This document shows, in pieces, positions 59,159 through 64,000 of a stretch of 64,000 nucleotides of DNA. The notes below the pieces were generated by a model. The model made no database searches, had not been told where the DNA came from, and was given only the letters and a program-made list of their open reading frames with translations. Each line of letters begins with the position of its first letter. The first letter of the stretch is position 1. The position numbers were made by a program, and so were the translations under genes. The stretch is from Lingula anatina (taxonomy: Eukaryota > Animalia > Brachiopoda). The stretch spans positions 66,504,788 to 66,568,787 of the forward strand of contig CM120640.1 of NCBI GenBank assembly GCA_051362555.1, given 5' to 3'.

Positions 59159-62100
59159 GACTAGCACTAGAAGCTTCCTTATACACTGCAACTGTGCTTT
59201 GATTTGTATTTTTGTAATTTATGACTCACTTGCCATTTCTTAAACTGATATTTGAAATACTATTCAAGCGTGTCTTTCATTTCAGTTTGTCTATTTCATG
59301 TTGACTGAAATTTGTCTTCTATTTGCTTTAATATGCTACATGTGTGATTTCAATATTGGCATGTCTTTTTATAAGTTAAGTATGAACGATTTAAAACAAA
59401 GTTGAATGGTTATCAATCACAAAACCTGCCTTTATTCACACACAAAAATGACCCCTGTACAATGTCGCCCAGCAAAATCTGATTTTAGAGAACATTTCCC
59501 TCTAAAATACATAAATGCCCAATGCTCAAGGCTCAGTATTTATATTTTGACGGTTTGATGCTGTAAATGTGAATCGTGGATTAAAACAAGGGTGAACAGC
59601 ATTTTAACAGCCGAAGAAAAATTCCCGTTATTTTTAATCAGAACACCCAGAAAGGCTTGAAGTAAAGCCGGTCTTTTATGGAGACCAAATTCTTGTAAAC
59701 AAGACATTTTGTGTAAAAGGAATACCCCATGTGGTAGGTCTTGGTCCTATTACTGTCGTGTCTTTTTCCTAAGCTGGATTTGCCTCATTCAATTTCTAGA
59801 AAAGTTGTAAGGGTATAGGGCAATGTAAATAATTGCAGCTAGTAAACTAAATGCCTGAATTCCATTGCCTTTGCGTCAAAATAAAGTTCGCTCTCTACAA
59901 ACAAGAATGTCTCAACCTCCTTCTCTGCCGGGTCTGCAATGAATGTTTTTTATCAAAAATAAATTTTAAGATGTCTGAAAATACATAAAAAGTTGTACAA
60001 ACAAAATGCTATTCTTCTTCCAAACTCCGTAATTGATTTAGATACCCGGGATACGGAAACTATGTAATTTTTTATAATTTAATCTTATTATTTTCATGAA
60101 ACAATTTACCATGTTGTTTCTTCGCGAAGTATAAAAGACGACTACGTTATGAGTAATTTCATCATCGATATATCAGCTGCGCCAACGGTTTAGGAAAGAC
60201 AAAAAATGCAGCAAGTGTACCAACTGTTGAGAACCTATTGCAAAATGCGACAGGTGTTCTAAACGCAATTAATACCCGAGACATTAACATTAGACACGTT
60301 TTATAGATTTATGGATTTATTTTGCCTTTCCTGCAAAATGCCTTGACGCAAAAAAGTAACTTCATACTCGTGTAAACATTCTCTCTGGTTCATGCATGAC
60401 GTGGCAGTAAATCACTTAAGTGAGCGCGGCTTTACCTCACCGAGTTATCTCCGCCAAATTCATGCTACTGTCATTCGACATTTCCGATTCAGAAAAGTAT
60501 GTGTTAAAGAAAGCGCTTTGTGCGACCTTGCTGCCAGATTTGATTAAATTCAAGGCTTGTTGGCGAATGAAAGGCATTAAATTGAATTTCGCACGTCTCT
60601 CACCTTAATTATTCAAAGTTCACTAACATTACAAGAAAATTCGGTGCCGTCCTTCATTAGTCTTGATGGCTCTCAATTGCTGCTACTTTTAAGAATTTAA
60701 AGACAATAAAACATTGTTTTGGTCATCTTTGGTCGTGGCTCCAGTCTATTTGAGTCCGTCTGACTCGGTGTGAGCTAATTCACCAGGCCGCACTGCAAGT
60801 ACTGAAAACCAATCTGTCAATGGCGGTGAAGGGGACAACGGGAGGATTAGATATGCTGCCTATGGAGAGCTAATCTCAATCAGGCTGTCGTTCCTGTTAG
60901 TTGAACAGAAATAGCTCAAATTTTTTATAGGTGTTATATTTATTTCACATTCAATAAACCAACGAACATGATAATCGTTTGTTTGAAATCGAACTTAAAT
61001 CCGAATGTTTCAAAGTTATAAAATTTTGGTGAAATTAGCTGTGGCCACAATATAGTCTCGGCTTACTGTAGCTTGGCAAGTTTCCATTGTCGAGCACAAA
61101 CTGTCGGGGGATATACTGAGTTCTCGTTAATGTCTGTCTCCAAAATTCATAGTTCATTCTCATCAAGCATTTCAACCAAGGAAAGTGGCAAATGAAGAAG
61201 CGGTAACAAAAACCACGAGATCTGGGATACTAAAACATTCTACTCTCTACCAGAGCTCTAGACACTGGACAGAGCACAGTACAGAAAACTGCACAGCCAG
61301 ACATATTTCAGAATATCTACTGGAAATCAACCTGTGATCCTGGTAAAAACATTCCATTGAATGGAGAAGAGACCAAAATCTGTTCAGTCATTTGATTAAC
61401 CAATAATGGATATTACAGCTGACAAGAAACTAATGGGTTTAATCCGCTGTTAACCGCGCCTCGTTAAAGACCGTCTGGTGGCTGATTGTACCTAACACAG
61501 TGGACTTATAAGATGTTACATTTAAGTCTAATAAGTCCTTATTCGCCAATATGTATGTAGAATACGTATTGACTGCAATAAATTTTGGAAGTGGTTAAAT
61601 ATTAAAACGGTATCGGGATTTTCTAAAAACAGCTATATATATGCAACAATTCCTTATATTACAATGTGTGGTTATTGTGTACCGTGCGAGCGCGTGTGTA
61701 CGTGCATTTGAAAGCGGGGCACTTTTGGTAACCCCCTCTTGCAAGAGGTTCCCAATTTCCAAATCAAATTCAGGATACGTTCGATAAAATACTGACATGT
61801 GGTCCTGCAAAGACTGAGGAACAAATCACCATGTTACGAGAGACTGGAATACCATTATCTGAAAGCAACTATATTGCAGCATAAATATATATTGCACTAC
61901 AAAACTAGGACGTAGTTGTAATGGATGCATAAAAAATCGGTCTGGATTTTGGCCATGCAGGCCGCCCTTTCCTCCATACACAATTATTTACGGGAAGAGG
62001 ACACTAAGTTTACAAGAAAACCTTTGACAAATACTGATTTACAAACTTCCATTTCCGAGTGTTTATCATTGATTGACGTAATTGCTTTAAAAGTCATGCT

Positions 62101-64000
62101 GTGCTCCAAAAGGTACAGAATTTCTTCTCTTTTGAAGACTATTGAGACATTAGCCTAGATTTGTGCTAAGTTTACTTTTTTGAGAGTCCTTTTGTTTTTG
62201 TTTAGTTTTTCGTTCGCCTTCTCCCATGATGTAATCAATTAACGAAATTTCTTTGTCAAAAAAGTAGCCCCGGTATTCTTTTCGCTCTCACGTCTAATTT
62301 TCACCTTCATGCTAAAGTTCTGCCACATGTGTCTGGTGGAGTTTCAATGCCACAAATAATAACAAAAAAATGTTATGGCTCTCCCCTTTTTGTGAAACAT
62401 CAGATGCCGGCCTAGGCTTTAAAAAACTGGTTTAAGTGTAAGACAGAATGTTTAACGCCATATGGAATGCCAGCATTAGAAGTGGCACATAGCAGTTTTC
62501 AGACACTAAACATCTAAAGATCACGCAGACATCTTAATTCTCAATGCGTCATAATTACCTAACTTAGTGGATACTGCCTGTGTATCAAGATGTTAACACT
62601 GCAAATATGGTGCCCGTACAAAGGATGTGACTGGGTCAAAATAAAATCCCTTGATATCAGGAAATCCCCCAAATAATCACATCCCTGTCACTAACTAGGT
62701 GTCTAGTGGGGAATTATTTTCAGCTGCGTTATCTATCAACCAGTATCACTGTTCAGAGGCCGATAGCTCTCCACTGATCGTTCGCTGGAGATTACAATGA
62801 GTCAAAAAGATAGATATCATAAATGCATTTGGTTAACGATCCATCGGCCCGTCTTCTGAGTCATATCCCTTGTGGTATTTCACTGCCAAAATACTTGCTT
62901 ATTTCCTGGAAATCAATAGACAGTCAAGGTGAAGATGTACACTTTTATTATCGTTATCTTAGCACAAACCCCCGCCCAAAACTGTGAGGACGAAAGATAA
63001 ATACAACTGCGATTGAGACATGATTGCAATCAACAAACTCTGAATGCTCTTATCCAAAGATCGAACATAAAATGCTGCATTGTATCCTTATTGTATGCTG
63101 ATGAGAAAGTGAGATACAAATAATACAAAACTCAACGTAAGGGAAAGCATGGACATAATACTGTAAAACCTGCGAAACAATTGGGGATATAAGTCGGTGT
63201 AGAGATTGAGCCATCGAGACATATTGAGAGGTATTTGACAATTGTTTAGACAGAAAATATCATTTTAAGTTTTGAGGTTTATTTATCAGCTGTCATGGAA
63301 AAGAGGCCGCAATATGTTTCAGAACTTCTTCAAACCACATTAGCAAGGACGCATTACCAGGAATTCCACATATATAAGAATAACATGGGCAATTTAAAGA
63401 AACTTTTAAGGCCTAGGCCCTAAATTTAAAATCCGTTTACAATAATTGATACAGCAAAGTTTCATTACTTTATATCTGCCATCTTTTTTTATTCATAATT
63501 TTAGACTTTGAATGAAAAATTTATAATTTTAGCGCCTAAGCGCATTAAGATTTTATTGGCATGCGTTTTATAAGAATAAATTACCATTAATATTATAATG
63601 TTTATAGCAAATTCCGATGTCTGTTGTTCATCTAGTTTATGATGGATCAATTCAGGAACTTCCGAGCCAGTTACTCCGAAACATGTTATTTTTACACCTA
63701 AAAGTTCCTATTTGAACATACCTGATCATCAGTGACTTGCGTATTTTTCGTATTTCATTATTCCAACATTAGATTCATCAGAACTTCTGTGTTTAGTTAT
63801 ACAAACTGTAGTTAATCGAAACTGAGATCTTTCGCGTAATCATCGATTTGTTTTTCTTTGAAAATGATGCCATCAGTGGCATTTACTATGCACTTAAGCC
63901 TGCATCTGTCTGTCAGGGGGCATCTACAGCGCACCGGATTAGCTAATAGACTAACTTCAGGATGTTTTATTGCACCCGCACGCTACGTTATCCCCGACAA

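Noticed and set aside
61595-61810. Minus-strand ORF following a plausible acceptor (TCTTTGCAG|GACCAC...)
   Set aside because: No recognisable homology and no partner exons found; cannot be supported without RNA data.
59200-64000. Search for genes, tRNAs or element ends in the distal region
   Set aside because: Only short ORFs and small imperfect hairpins (e.g. ~61502-61538); nothing I can support.

Overview
AT-rich, intron-rich animal genomic DNA. It is probably a lophotrochozoan such as a mollusc, inferred from the repeat types and gene structure and not proven. Five spliced protein-coding genes can be rebuilt exon by exon with consistent phases: RUNDC1 (minus, 17 coding exons, ~584 aa), MOB3 (plus, 7 exons, ~216 aa), TXNDC12/ERp18 (minus, 7 exons, ~163 aa, CGAC site), MTREX/MTR4 (plus, 26 exons, ~1032 aa) and an intact L-gulonolactone oxidase GULO (plus, 12 exons, ~445 aa, HWAK motif, one GC-AG intron). 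RUNDC1/MOB3 and TXNDC12/MTREX are head-to-head pairs on short CpG-rich promoters. The introns carry many non-autonomous DNA elements: Helentron-associated (HINE-like) satellite-bearing elements, Kolobok-type TTAA elements (one with a decayed THAP start), a 3.3-kb unclassified TIR element with inward-facing promoter-like ends, foldback MITEs and ~169-bp MITEs with 5-bp TSDs. The most interesting unexplained signals are a strong-context, hydrophobic overlapping uORF in RUNDC1, the two elements filling TXNDC12 intron 2, and a duplicated GULO exon upstream of GULO. The last ~4.8 kb (59.2-64 kb) contains no feature I can support.
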